Below are positions 1 to 12,500 of a stretch of 64,000 nucleotides of DNA, piece after piece (position 1 is the stretch's first letter; each line of letters opens with the position of its first letter). A model generated the notes under the pieces. The model made no database searches. It had not been told where the DNA came from and saw only the letters and a list, made by a program, of their open reading frames with translations. Source of the stretch: Cycas panzhihuaensis (lineage: Eukaryota; Plantae; Cycadophyta); assembly GCA_023213395.1 (NCBI GenBank), contig CM041465.1:153147741-153211740 (forward strand), read 5' to 3'. The position numbers were made by a program, and so were the translations under genes.

Positions 1-2099
1 AGTAATCATATGAATCAGTTTAGGTTCTTCAGGTGCATCTCATAAAACAAGTTGTTTCTTATAAAAAATTCTTTCATGATACATAGTCAAAGTTTTAATA
101 GTCACTTTAACAGGTCACATTAAGGGGTTTTGTTGCTTTAAGCATCATTAGGTTTGTAATGAAGATTCCTCTTCCTCCTAAGTATGCATTTGGCCTCCTT
201 CACCATATTTAACCTTATTTCTCATTGTCATAAACTAATAAAAGTCTATTCAACTCTAGTTAGCCTTTGTGATGATTGTCCTTCTAATCTTTCTCAACTC
301 ATTAAGTGTTGTGGCATCTTAGTTTATGTGTTTTTTGTCTCTTTCCTTTATTTATGGTCCTTCTATTCTACTCATCTTGGTATTTATGTTTATGTTTAAT
401 GACCTACTTGCTCATGCTTCTATTATCGATATTTTGTTGTGTATATGATGACTATGAGATGCATTTCCTTGTTTCTGTGTTGGACATGTGGGCAACTACT
501 TTGTTGGCTTATTCCTCTATGTGATGATTGGACATTATATTAAGTGGCTATCTCCACATTGAATGTCTTTGATCTTATGCTTTGCATTATGTATTCAATT
601 GATCAAATGTAAAGTCACAGGTTACCAAAGTTTGCAAGTTGTCACATGCAAGTAGCCTCATGCATAGGTCATCAAAATTCATAAGAGGTTTATTTTTTTA
701 TTTCTATTTTTATATAGTTTGAAACTTTATAATATAAAATTTAGAATATTCATATTTTAACAAAATTCCCCTTTTAACAGTTTAAAAATTCATCATTTTA
801 ATCCTTATTTTAGTATTTTGATTCAATATTTATAATAATTTTCATTCAGTATTATAGAGATCCTTTTTAATTCTTTTCACTAATAGAGATTACATTTCGT
901 TGAAATTAATAATCACCAATAGAGAACCTTAAGACCATAGTCATTATATAATTTTTTTTATTAGAGAAAATCAAGTGTTTGGCTTATAAACACTTTAGTG
1001 AGAGGATATTAGAATAAAGGTCTTCATATTCTATTGTCTTCAAGGATTGATTATCAAGGTTGCATGTGACATTTTTTACCTTGCATATGAGTTTTTCCAC
1101 CTACATGTGACATATGTCTGTTTGCATATCTCAAAGCCTATTATTTGGTGCTTGATTGCTTACATGTTGTATTTCTTGTTGCATGTCTTCTCTAAAACTA
1201 TATGTTAGTATCCAACTACTTACAATTGAAACTTTACAACATGCATATTAAAAATTGCCTAAGAAACAAAATAGCTTAACTAAGAAACTAGATATTAATA
1301 CATGTCACATATGTAAATCTTAAACATCAATTAGATCTTATAAATTAACTAGTAATTACAGTTGATAATATACTATGAATATGCTTTGATACTAAGATAT
1401 TATAGTAAGGCATGTAATGAAGACAATAATTGGTAAGATTAACTATCAAAATATTAGAAATTAAATCTAAAAGTTTTGATTTAATCTCTATTCATTAAAT
1501 GCCTTACATTACATAAGTGACTCAATAATCCTTACTTCTCACTAATGCATTTTACAAAATAACCTATATGTATAATATATAATACTTAATATAATATCTG
1601 TCCTACCTAATGTGACACATATGAGGTGAGAGTCATAACCCCCCTTGACTCATCACTTCATGAAACATAAAATAATCTTACACTAAAATAATACAAAAAT
1701 TAAAGGGTAGGTCCATAACCTAAGGTTATAAACTTGTGAAATAAATATTAAAGTCTAACAAAAGGCACAAAACATAATATTAGATCAAGACCTTGTGTCT
1801 ATTGATAAATACATTTGATTACAATTAATTCATAAACCAATTTTTTTTTGAAAAATAGGAATATAATTAAACTAAAGAAATCATATAAATTTTATGATAT
1901 TTTGCATTTAGAATGTATTTTAATGTATATTTACAATTAAGAAAATCAAAAGTCATTCACAAATGTGATGATTGTATAGAATTTTAAACATTAAGTGTAT
2001 GTGTATAGAATTTTGAGAATGATTTCACATTTGTAATGAAATATCAAACATGAAGAATAACATGTATACTTGTAAACTATATAATGTGATAAACAATAG

Positions 2100-2390
2100 T
2101 TGCCTTAGTGATATATGCTTGAAGATATTCACCAATGTGTTAATCCTACTGAGAAGACAATCTTCATAGTTTAGTCCAAATGTCCATGTTTCAAATATAT
2201 TATTCAATAGTCTTAATTTCCTTCTACTAAATCCCTAGGATTTAACCTTAAAGGTCCTTATCTTGTTGCAATTCTTAGTATTCACTTAGGAACAACTTCT
2301 TCATGTCTTCCTAAGAACTAATCTAACCCCTATGTAGAATCATAAGCCACATTGAAGTACCATCTTTCAAAGTAGATGGAAAAAGATTTA
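2100..2390 (-). pseudogene. Degenerate Ty3/Gypsy retrotransposon gag fragment (copy 1)
   Basis: Paralogue of 16460-16750, which translates to a Retrotrans_gag-like motif. Boundaries approximate. Confidence 0.6.
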
Positions 2391-5193
2391 ATTATTATGC
2401 ATTGGATAAATAATAATAAAAAATGTGGCACAATACCTAAGATTCAAACATAAATATATTAAAGTCCTCATGTGGTTTTCTATAAAAATAAGGTAGGTTT
2501 TATGGAATGACTTTCATTTTCTTTGTGGTTTCTCATTCTAATGCCATAATTATAAAGTATATAACCTTGACTTTCTTTTAATTCTCTATATTTAGTTCTT
2601 GTATTTTTTTCCCTCATTATTCTTCCTTTTATCTCCATCTAGGGTTGTTCCTTTGCAATTTCTATGAATCATCTTAAAGGATATTGGGTCTTGCTACTCA
2701 TAACCTAACTATCCTAATTAATTTATAGATTCACCCTATATAATTCAATAATTACTTTCCATTCCCTAGCAACAACACCAAAATAATATATTTTTTAAGA
2801 GTACAAGATCCTATAAAAAGTTGTATTAAGTCTAGGAATGTATGTTTGTGAATGATAGAAAAAAGTATTCTATGACTACTAAACTAAAATACATAAATTA
2901 AACCTATAAAGATGCATATCAAATTATCTTAGCATAATTCATTACCATTCAACAACGTCATCAATTATCTTTAGATAGTATAATCACTCTAATAAAGTCA
3001 AAATATAAATCCTAGCCTATGAATGAAACCTATCTTATATAATGGCATTTGTAGGTTACACAATCACCCTTTAGTTCTTGAACTAATAGGTTTAGGGTTC
3101 TATGTTATGAGACCATCATATGCAAAATACTTAGAGGTGATAAAATCCCTTCTAACTTTTTTTATTAGAGTAAAGTAATTTATTCAAGTCTCAACCCAAC
3201 TATTGATTGGTCACAACTGTTAACTAATTTTTACCAAACGTGTAACTAACTTACTATGCAAGGTGGTCATCTAACTTAATTATAGAAATGGTAATTTCCA
3301 TTCCACAAATAAGGACAAAGTTATCCTTGTTAATAAGGGAAGATAAGGTTACTACTACTATCAAGTGAGGGTAAATTACAAAACTATATAAATAACCAAA
3401 ATGGGACTCAAATGACTTGCAATAGATTCTAACTTAATCCAAAGGAATTGCATAAGATATATTCAAGTTTTCCCCTTATTTAAATTAGATTTAAGCCCCT
3501 TAGGTTCTTAGTCATCTAAAATTACATTACAAAACTAAAGTTAACAAAGCTAATATGCATATAAAATGGTAGGTAATGAGTCCCACATTTGGACTCATCA
3601 CAAGGATGGTAGACTATACTTTAGAAATGATTGTTATAGAGCCAAAAATATCAAAGAAAGCCTTATAATGTGAAGTTTTATCATTGTGGTAGGAAGTACT
3701 TAATGTAGAGAAAAACTCAATTCTAAACAACAAGACTTAGGTGGTTACAAAACTCCCTCTAGAAAGAAACATAGATGGGTGCAAGTAGGAGTTTAAAACC
3801 AAGTACAAAGTAGATGGATTAGTTGATATGTAGTAAGAAAGATTGGTTGTAGAAGGTTACTCATAAATAGAAGATATCAACTCTAATGAAACCTTATCTT
3901 CTTTGGAAAAAATACCATCTATTAGTGCTATATTAGCACTTGCAACAAAATATAATTTAGAAATGCATTAAGTAGAAGCAAAAATAACCTTAATAAATTG
4001 AAATTTTGAAGAAGAGATCTACATTATCTAACCTAAAGGGTATATAGTCAAGTGAAAAGAGCACCTAGTTTACAAGCTTTAAAAGTCATTATATGGATTG
4101 TAGCAATCTCATAGAGCCTAGTTCTAGAATATAGTTAACTTTCTAGTCTTTAAAGGTTTTATAAGGAGCAATTTTGATTATACGATATATGTAAAATATG
4201 AAAATTGTATATTTGTCATAATTGCTCTTTATATTAATGACATCATTTTATTTTCCAAGAATAAAAATCTTTTATTATATGTAGAAGATCATTTATCATC
4301 CAAATTTAAAATGAAAGATCTCAAAGAAATATATTACCATCTTGGATTACTAATCTTAAGAAATATAAAAGAGAAAATGAAATATTTAAGTAAATATATA
4401 AACTTAGGTGACATCCTCAATATTTTTAGAATGCAAGTTCATAAATCCATAAGAACACTTGTAAATGCCAACTATAAATTATCTCTAGACATATGTCCTT
4501 AAAAGGATGAAGAAGGAAAAGTTATAGAAGTGGTTCCATATAGGAGTAAAATGGGTAGTTTAATATATGCTATGGTTTATGCCAAACCTAAAATTACATT
4601 AGGAGTAGTAGTAAGTTAATATATGAGTAAATAGATCTATATAAGGAAGCGATTCTGGAGTTGGTGTCGAGCGATACTGAACTAGGGTTTGGAATGGCTG
4701 TGGCAGAGAACGCAGTGAGTTTCTGGACGCCATGGCATCCCTCAGAGGGTGAAGACAGTGCAGGCCGACTGACCATTGCAGATCTTACCAGGCTATCTAT
4801 TCCCCTCACTCTAGCTGACAAGGAGCATGTAACCGGGCTTGGGATAGACGGACAGACTAGCAGAGGAGCCAGTGTGAGCATTGCTCAGGAGCAACGGGGT
4901 TCTGTTTCTCATCTGTGGTCACCAAATCTACTGAATCCCTGGCACGACATTCTAGAAGACGAGAGTCACCATGTCAAGGCAAGTTTAATGGGCGTGATAA
5001 GGCTTGGGAAGGGACGTAGGTCCCATAGGCACACATATAGACAGCGAATCAGCTCCAATGGTGGATCCAGAGAACTTTTGAACACACTACTAAGATTTCA
5101 GGTGAGCTTCTTAGAAAGATTGGCTGAAGATAAATGGTATGCCACTGTCTTCTTGTCTGGAGTTTTTTTCTTTAGTTTTGATCTTTTAAAAAT

Positions 5194-6551
5194 ATGGAAA
5201 AAGATTATTCCTATCTAAACCAGAACCAGAACCCTAACTTGGCTTTGGGGAGAACCTATCGTGATGTTTCAAAAATAAATGAGGATGAATCCTTTGACTT
5301 AACATCTGTGATCGAGGATAACAAAGCTAGTCTAAAGATCCCTCTGGCTTTGGTGGAAAAAACTAAAAAATTATGGGAGAATTGCCTGGTGGGTAGATTC
5401 TCAAGCCCCTGACCGGGACTAGAAGCCATAAGGACATGGATAAAGACTAAATAGAGAACAATGGGCAGTGTGGAGGTAATAGCCATGCCTAAGGGCTGTG
5501 TGCTATTTAAATTTGCCTCTTGTGATGACATGTCTGGTATACTGATCAGGGCACCATGGATATTCGGAAGAAAGGCCCTTTCTCTTGAGAAATGACATAG
5601 GGATTTTGATCCCTCGAGCCCTAAAATCAGATAAGCACCCATCTGGATCCAACTCCCAGGCCTCCCCCTTCACCACTGGAACCCTGAGGTGTTTAGAGGC
5701 ATAGCGAAAGTGGTGGGCCCTCTATTAGCAGTTGACTCTGCGACGAAGAACAGGAGTAGGCTCATAAATGCCAGAATTTGTGCTCTGGCAAGATTAGACA
5801 AGCCCCTCTTGGATGATATTCAGATGGATTTGCCAAATAAGAGTTGGGTTCAACCATTGATTTATGAGACGGATCACTTTAGATGTTCTACCTACAGAAA
5901 TTTGGGGCATCTGCCCCAAAAGTGTCCAGGAGTGCAGTCCTCAAAAGACGAGAAAGAAGAAGATCCACTTGACTCAAACCCCAAGAAAAAGGGGTGGGTT
6001 TTGAATGCCCAGTGCCATTGGAGAACGCAGAGGCCTCCCTCCCAAACCTGGGTTTTGACCCAAATGAGGAGGACACACTTTTGGAGGAAGATGATCAAGC
6101 AGCTCAGGCCCCCGAGACCCAGGAGGGTTCGGCTAGAGTGGCTAGAGTGGGGGATCCTTCCCACTCCGGTGAAGGGCCAGTCCTCATTGACCTGCATGGG
6201 CCACTTAGGCAGGAGGAAAAGAAGGATAAAATGGCAGGGTTGGAGGCTGCGTTGCCCTCAGTGGTTGAAGTGGATCAGGGTTTTGACAGTACCAAACTAG
6301 GTAGGTCGACCCTTGATTCACTACCACACCTGGCCTCATCTCAAAAGAAGATGCCTGACGTGGGAGCTAAGAAGAAGGTTGGAAGACCACCAACTAGGCT
6401 GCAAAAGGAGAAAGATTTGGCTGCTCAGGTAGATTTAGGTACCCAGAAAACTCTAAAGGAAGCATTCCTTGAAGGACCTATTCTTAGATCCAGTAGAGAT
6501 CCCCCAAAAGGGGATACTGTGGAGGTTTGGAAACTGAGAAAGAAGCGATGA
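5194..6551 (+). pseudogene. LINE ORF1 (DUF4283-like plus CCHC zinc knuckle), with stops and a frameshift
   Basis: WENCLVGRF, PWIFGRKAL, PIWIQLPGLP.H.W, ARIC...L..PL, QPLIYE...CSTYRNLGHL..KCP. Ends at TGA 6549-6551. Confidence 0.88.
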
Positions 6552-9500
6552 AAATCATGTCATGGAATATTAGGGGTCTGAATGCCCCTTCAAAGCAAAG
6601 AATCTTTAAGGATATGAGAACTAGACATCAATTAGACCTCTTATTTCTGCAAGAAACTAAGCTGTGCAAGGAGAATGGACCAAAGATCAGAAACAAAATT
6701 TGGAAGTATGCGGATGGCATAAAGAGGGATTATAGCCAAGGAATCAGGGGATTAATGGTGCTTTGGAACCCATCTATCTAGTCAGGTGAAATCTTTCTGA
6801 TTGAGGATTCCTTTATTTCGGTCTAGTTAACGAACAAAAGCAACAACATCACATGGATTGCTACCAATGTTTATGCCCCAACTCTTCAAATAGCCAGGAA
6901 GAGGCTTTGGGATAGATTGATCGAGGTACACAGGGATTGCCGACTCCCTTGGCTGCTGGCAGGTGACTTTAACTCGACTTTATCCCCTAGAGATAAGAAA
7001 AGAGGCTCAGGGGGATGGACTACTAGTATGGCCGAGTTTAGCGACTTCCTCCAACAGGGGGGGTTGGAAGATATTAGGCTTAGAGGGGCAGCTTTCACCT
7101 GGTCCAATAAGAGGCTGGGGGACAGCCTTATTCAAATAAAGTTGGATAGGGTGCTGGTTAACTATGATTGGACGAGGTGCTTCTCTGACTTTGCTCTAGA
7201 GGCATTGCCGAAGATCAGCTCTAATCACTTGCCTCTCTTATTTCAATTCTCAGATCCAGGTAAATTTATTGGGGCCCCCTTTAGATTTGAATTAATGTGG
7301 CTTCGCCATCCAGACCTTCGGAATAGAATTGAGGATTGGTGGGGCATAGAAATTAAAGGACATGCTATATATATATTTTCTAAGAAGTTGGATTGGGTCA
7401 AAAGACAAGTAAAGGCTTGGAACAAGGAGGTCTTTCAAAACATAAATGTACAAAAGGATAAAACTATCCAGGATTTGAAAGGCATAGAGGAACAAATTGA
7501 GTAGATGGGCAGATCATCGGAGCTTGATAAGGCTGAGAAGGAGCTCACCAAGACTATGGAGGAGATACTCAATAGAGAGGAGATCCATTGGAGACAAAAA
7601 TCTAGGGCCCTCTGGTTGGCCGAAGGTGATAGAAATACTAGATTTTTCCATATGACCACAGTAAAACATAGGGCGAACAACAGAATCAATAGTCTTCAAA
7701 CAGACGATGGATCTGCTGTCAGCTCGATTGAGGGTATGAAGGAATTGGCTTGTGATTATTTCAAGAACCTTTTTACCGAACCACCAGGCGGGGACAAGCA
7801 TAGGAGGAAAGACTTCCTGAACAATATTCCCTGTTTGGTGAATGCGGAGTAGAATGCCTAGCTTACAGCCCCATTCACTCAGGAAGAGGTCAGGGCGGCT
7901 CTCTTTGATATGAAGAAAGATAAAGCGCCAGGCCCTGATGGATTTCCCCCGGGGTTCTTTCAAGAATTCTGGGACATTATTAAAGGGGATCTCATGGAAG
8001 CAATGAAAGAGTTTTAAGTGAATAGAAAGATTCTGTAGGAGTGGCAGACCACATTCCTTGTTCTTATTCCAAAAAAAAGATGGGGCAAAAAGGATGGAGA
8101 ACTTCCACCCTATTAGTCTCTGCAACGTCAAATATAAAATTATAACTAAGGTTCTGGTGAATAGGTTGATTTATTGGGGCCCCCTTCATTATAAATGGCT
8201 CTTCCTCTAGGTTTTTCCTGGGATTTAGGGGGTTGAGACAGGGTGACCCCCTCTCTCCCTTCTTGTATATCACAATGGCCAAGCTTCTCGGTAGAACCCT
8301 GGAGTTCGTCAGAAGTCAGAGGGCCATAAAAGATATAAAGCTGACATCTGGTGTGGATAATGTGGTCCATCATCAATTCGTGGATGATAATATTTTCTTA
8401 GGGAAGGCTGCCCTGGGTGAGGCTTCCAAATTTAAAGAGATATTAGGCCACTTTTAGGAGGCCACGAACCAAAAGATAAATCTGAATAAGAGCAATGTCT
8501 TCTTTATCAATACCCTGAGTCACATTCAAGGCAGGATAAGTAGAATCTTAGAGATAAGCATTAAAAAGCTCCCCACAATCTACCTTGGTCTGCCTCTCTT
8601 TGTGGGGAGAATGTCCAAGGACATGTGGAACCCCCTTATTGATAGGATGCAAAGGAAGCTGGTGGGCTGGAAAGACGCCCTATTAAGTCTAGCCGGAAAG
8701 CTGCAGCTAGTCGCTTCAACGCTACAGAGCATTCTAGTATTTTGGATGTCTATATTCAGAGTTCCAGCAGGTATATCAAACATTATTAAATCTATTCAGA
8801 AGAGATTCCTCTGGTTGGGGACAGAGAGCAAAGACAATACATTTGGTAAGCTGGAATAAAGTCTGTGCCTCGAAATGGGCTGGTGGCCTTAACTTGATAA
8901 GGATCTCTCCATTCAACGCTGCTCTAGGGGCAAAATTGGGATGGTGGTTATTTAAAGGGAGACAGAGACTATGGGAGAAGATCTTGACTAGAAAATACAT
9001 TCAAGGGGGTTCCCTTCTCGAGAATGAGGCTTCGTAGGTTGGATCTACTGTCTGGAGAAGCATATTAAAAGCTTGGAGAGCTATAAGGAATGGTTTGAAA
9101 TGGAGACTTGGAGATGGAAACTCTATCAGATTTTAGGAGGATGCATGGTGCTGCGATGAAGCACTTAAGGATTGCCTGGACCTGGAACCTATTATGGGTC
9201 CCTGTGTCAGGATATATGGCACTCATGTTAAGGACTATTGGACCGGAAGTGGCAAAAATAGGAGTTGGAAGTCTTTTGAGGAAATTCAAGGAGAACGATT
9301 GCAAGAGGGCCTAAACAAGTTAAGAAGGATTCTTCGTAAGAATTATATCCCTAGAATGACCTTGCCAGATTCGGTTGTGTGGCCTCTAGGCCCGTCCAGG
9401 GACTACACTATTAAACAGGGATACCATTTCCTTTGTTTAACTAGAGGGGATCAGAGAAATCCAACCCTTGATGGTGTTTGGAGGCTTCCTATCATTCCTA

Positions 9501-10492
9501 AGATTGTTATATTCTGGTGGACCTGCCTCATGAATAAAATTCTCACCATAGACAATCTTAAGAAGAGAGGTATTATGTTGGCAAATAGATGCACTTTATG
9601 TTGCTCTGAGGAGGAATCTATGGACCACATCTTCATTGGGTGTTCTTTTACAAGAGAGGTTTGGAGGATGTCACTTGGAAAACTAGAGGTTTGTTGGACA
9701 TTCTAAAAAAAGACTATTGATTTATGGCTTGCCTGGCTTAGCCCTTTCAGAAGTAGAACACTGAGCTGTATTTGGAAGAGCGCGCTCCTGATATTGGCTT
9801 GGAATATATGGAAGGAGAGAAATCAGAGAATTTTTCAGGAAAAACAGATGGACTAGTTAGTTATTTTCAACAGAATATGTTCGGACATTAAGGAAAACAT
9901 TAGAAATGTGAAAGAAAAACGTATTTCTTTGCCGGAGAGTAGGATTCTAAGTAAATGGGGTATACAACCTGTTTTTGAGGTTGAAAGGCCTAGATGCAGC
10001 AGCTGGCAGCCTCCTGAGGAGCCCTGGATCAAAGTAAACTTCGATGGGGCTGCTAAAGGGAACCCCGGGGAAGCGGGTGGAGGGGGTATCTGCAGGGATT
10101 GCACTGGTACCCTAATATGGGCTTTTGCGGACTACTATGAATTCCAGACAAATCACTATGTGGAAATGCAGGCCATGTTTAAAGCCCTAGACCTAGCAGT
10201 TGAAGGAAATGTTCAGTGTCTGGTAATAGAGGGGGACTCAGAGGTGGTGCTTAAGGTACTGAAAGGTGAGGCCCTTCCAGACTGGAGATTCCAAACCCTC
10301 TTCAATGATGCCAAAGAGATCATTAAGGGACTGGCTGAAGTCTATATAAGGCATACTTTGAGAGAAGGTAACAAACCAGCTGACTTTTTGGCAAACCAGG
10401 GAGCAAGGCACAGGAAAGGTCAAGTGTGGAGAAGTGATTTCCCTAGGGATCTTATGGTTCTGGTAGAAAAGGATATGATCTGTAATAGCTAG
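6548..10492 (+). pseudogene. LINE ORF2: APE endonuclease, RT (internally deleted), zf-RVT, RNase H
   Basis: MKIMSWNIRGLN, LQETK, GDFN, KLDRVLVN, EGDRNTRFFH, KAPGPDGF, GLRQGDPLSP, HQFVDD, YLGLPL, C..C...EES.DHIF..C, WIKVNFDGAAKGNPG...REGNKPADFLA. Multiple stops and frameshifts. Confidence 0.95.
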
Positions 10493-12454
10493 CCGTGGGG
10501 CTTGTCTCGGCATTTATTTCCTGGCCTAGACCGTGAGGATGTCACGGTCATATATATCTTGGTTAGCACAATGTTTTCTGATGTAATAGGTTGTGGGATC
10601 CTGTTCAAACCCACTATAAATTCATTTTATCTTACCAAAAAAAAAAAAGATCTATAACATTAGATGACAATGAAAAGTATGTTTAAGTACTTAAAAGGAA
10701 CATTTGGCTATGGAATTTGTTATAGTCAAAGTAGTGTGAGCCCAAGTTTGGATTTATTAGTTGGATATATAGATGTGAACTAGAGTGGTGATCTCGATAA
10801 TGGAATATCAATAATAATATATGTGTTTGAACTATTTGTTAATATCATAAGTAGAAATAAAAAATGGAAACCCAGAGTTGTATTATCATCTATTTCCAAA
10901 AAAATGGGATTCTAACATTCACCATGACTTAAGTAAGGCAAGTATGCATTTTAAATTTGCATTTTAATTAATTTTATAGTTTGATGCATATCTAAAATCA
11001 CATTTACCTATTATCTAGTGATAAGTACATGAGTATTCAATTAATGATGGTAAGATACCTATAAGTAATGCAATGGAAATCATATACCTGAGCCCCATTC
11101 AATAAGAAATGAATCCACAACATATCCTAAGCTCCTTTGGAGTCTTTTTCCATCTTTTAATCATCATTTTTTATGAATTTCATTTTTGTAAATTTTATAA
11201 TTATTTCATCTTTTTTGTAAAACTCCTAGTAACATTATAGAAGTTAATACTATTATAATTTTCATCATGATGCATCTTGCATTGTTATGAAAAACATAAT
11301 GGTATGAACACACCTTTACAAAAACATAATTGTAAGTTACCCTTTATAATGGTATCTGGTTATTAAATTACAATGGGACATTATGCAGAATAATAGTGTA
11401 AGGCATACCATTACACTTTTTATAATGGAGTAATAAGCATTGTTTTAAAAATTATAATAGTACAATATGTATCACTATGAAAAACAAAATGGTGTATCAT
11501 GCATTGTTGCAAATTTATGAGTACTTATCTCTTTCATATTTATAGCATTTTTTACCAACTTTTTCTCATCAAAGTTAATTATAGGCTTTAAAGGAGGTTA
11601 CAAGAAACTAGCACTCTACCTCCTACCTGTGGCCCCCACCACCCCCACCCCTATCTTGGGAAAAATCATGTGGTTTTACCCTTTGTTTTTTGAAAAATAA
11701 TGGCCCATCTATCCATGGATGGAATCCTATTTAATTTTCCACCAAACAATCATTAAATTTTCACCATCACCCGTCCAAATCTAAGAACCAATACCACAAG
11801 CTTTACTTATGATTTTCAATAAACCAATACACTATATACCTTCTTTTAATAGTCTATAAATAGGCCTTCTATTTCACTTAGAAGGGAGGGTAATTTTTGT
11901 AAGAAAATATTGCTAAAATTTACACCCAAGTGCTATCATATTTTATGACTTTGAGTTACTTATTAGATAATCATCTTAGAGGAAGATGATATTTCTATTG
12001 AGTTGTGGATACCCAAAACCTAGAGCTTGAAGCAATTTGCCTAAGTTTAGGGTAATTCTATAGTGATTTCTATTTATGGTACAAAATTTTAACCATTAAT
12101 TTTGGCTCCAATCTTTTTCTCTTTTATGTGATGTCTTATTTACTTACTTCTATTTAATTATTCTCCATCTATAGTTTATTTTACTTCCCTAATTATTGGT
12201 TTCTTATGACAAAGGTGCCCATTAGGGTTTAGGGGAGCCTTTTGAATTGTTTGAGTCTCATTTGTGGTGGTTATTCACCATATTTAAGACCTTCTAGTTA
12301 CCTAAGCTCACAATGGGTAATTTTAATTTAAAAACTTATAGTTTGTTTTTAATAATTTATCAATATTATGATGCTTTCTTTCTTAGTTGATGTTATAGGT
12401 TGAAGAATACTTCATAAAATTTTTAGTTAAAGGTGATAGGAAGAAGAAACTTGG

Positions 12455-12500
12455 AGCCTTAAGCATTATTCCTAGAAAGCCTTAAGCATTATTCCTAGAA
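12455..12500 (+). repeat. Perfect 23-bp tandem duplication
   Basis: agccttaagcattattcctagaa x2. Confidence 0.9.

Larger units (their letters stand above)
4642..10647 (+). mobile_element. Plant L1-clade LINE, near full length (~6.0 kb), inactive
   Basis: 9-bp TSD agatctata at 4633-4641 and 10648-10656. Poly(A) tail 10637-10648. Empty site in copy 2 at ~25451-25475. Higher GC than flanks. ORF1 and ORF2 domains present. Confidence 0.96.
3630..10895 (+). pseudogene. Degenerate Ty1/Copia RT-RNase H remnant (copy 1), interrupted by the LINE at 4642-10647
   Basis: Remnant motifs GCK..FK.KYKVDG.V....RLV.EGYS, K.SLYGL.QS, VPY.S..GSL.YAM, LKG...YG. Many stops and frameshifts. Paralogue at ~17970-17999 plus 24512-25700. 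Confidence 0.8.

Noticed and set aside
1-1965. Possible minus-strand LTR/gag remnant (PPT-like cccccc at ~1639-1644)
   Set aside because: Too degenerate; no partner LTR, PBS or clear motif.
4594-10513. Numerous antisense ORFs over the LINE (and over the LTR elements elsewhere)
   Set aside because: Shadow frames of TE coding sequence with no independent motifs.
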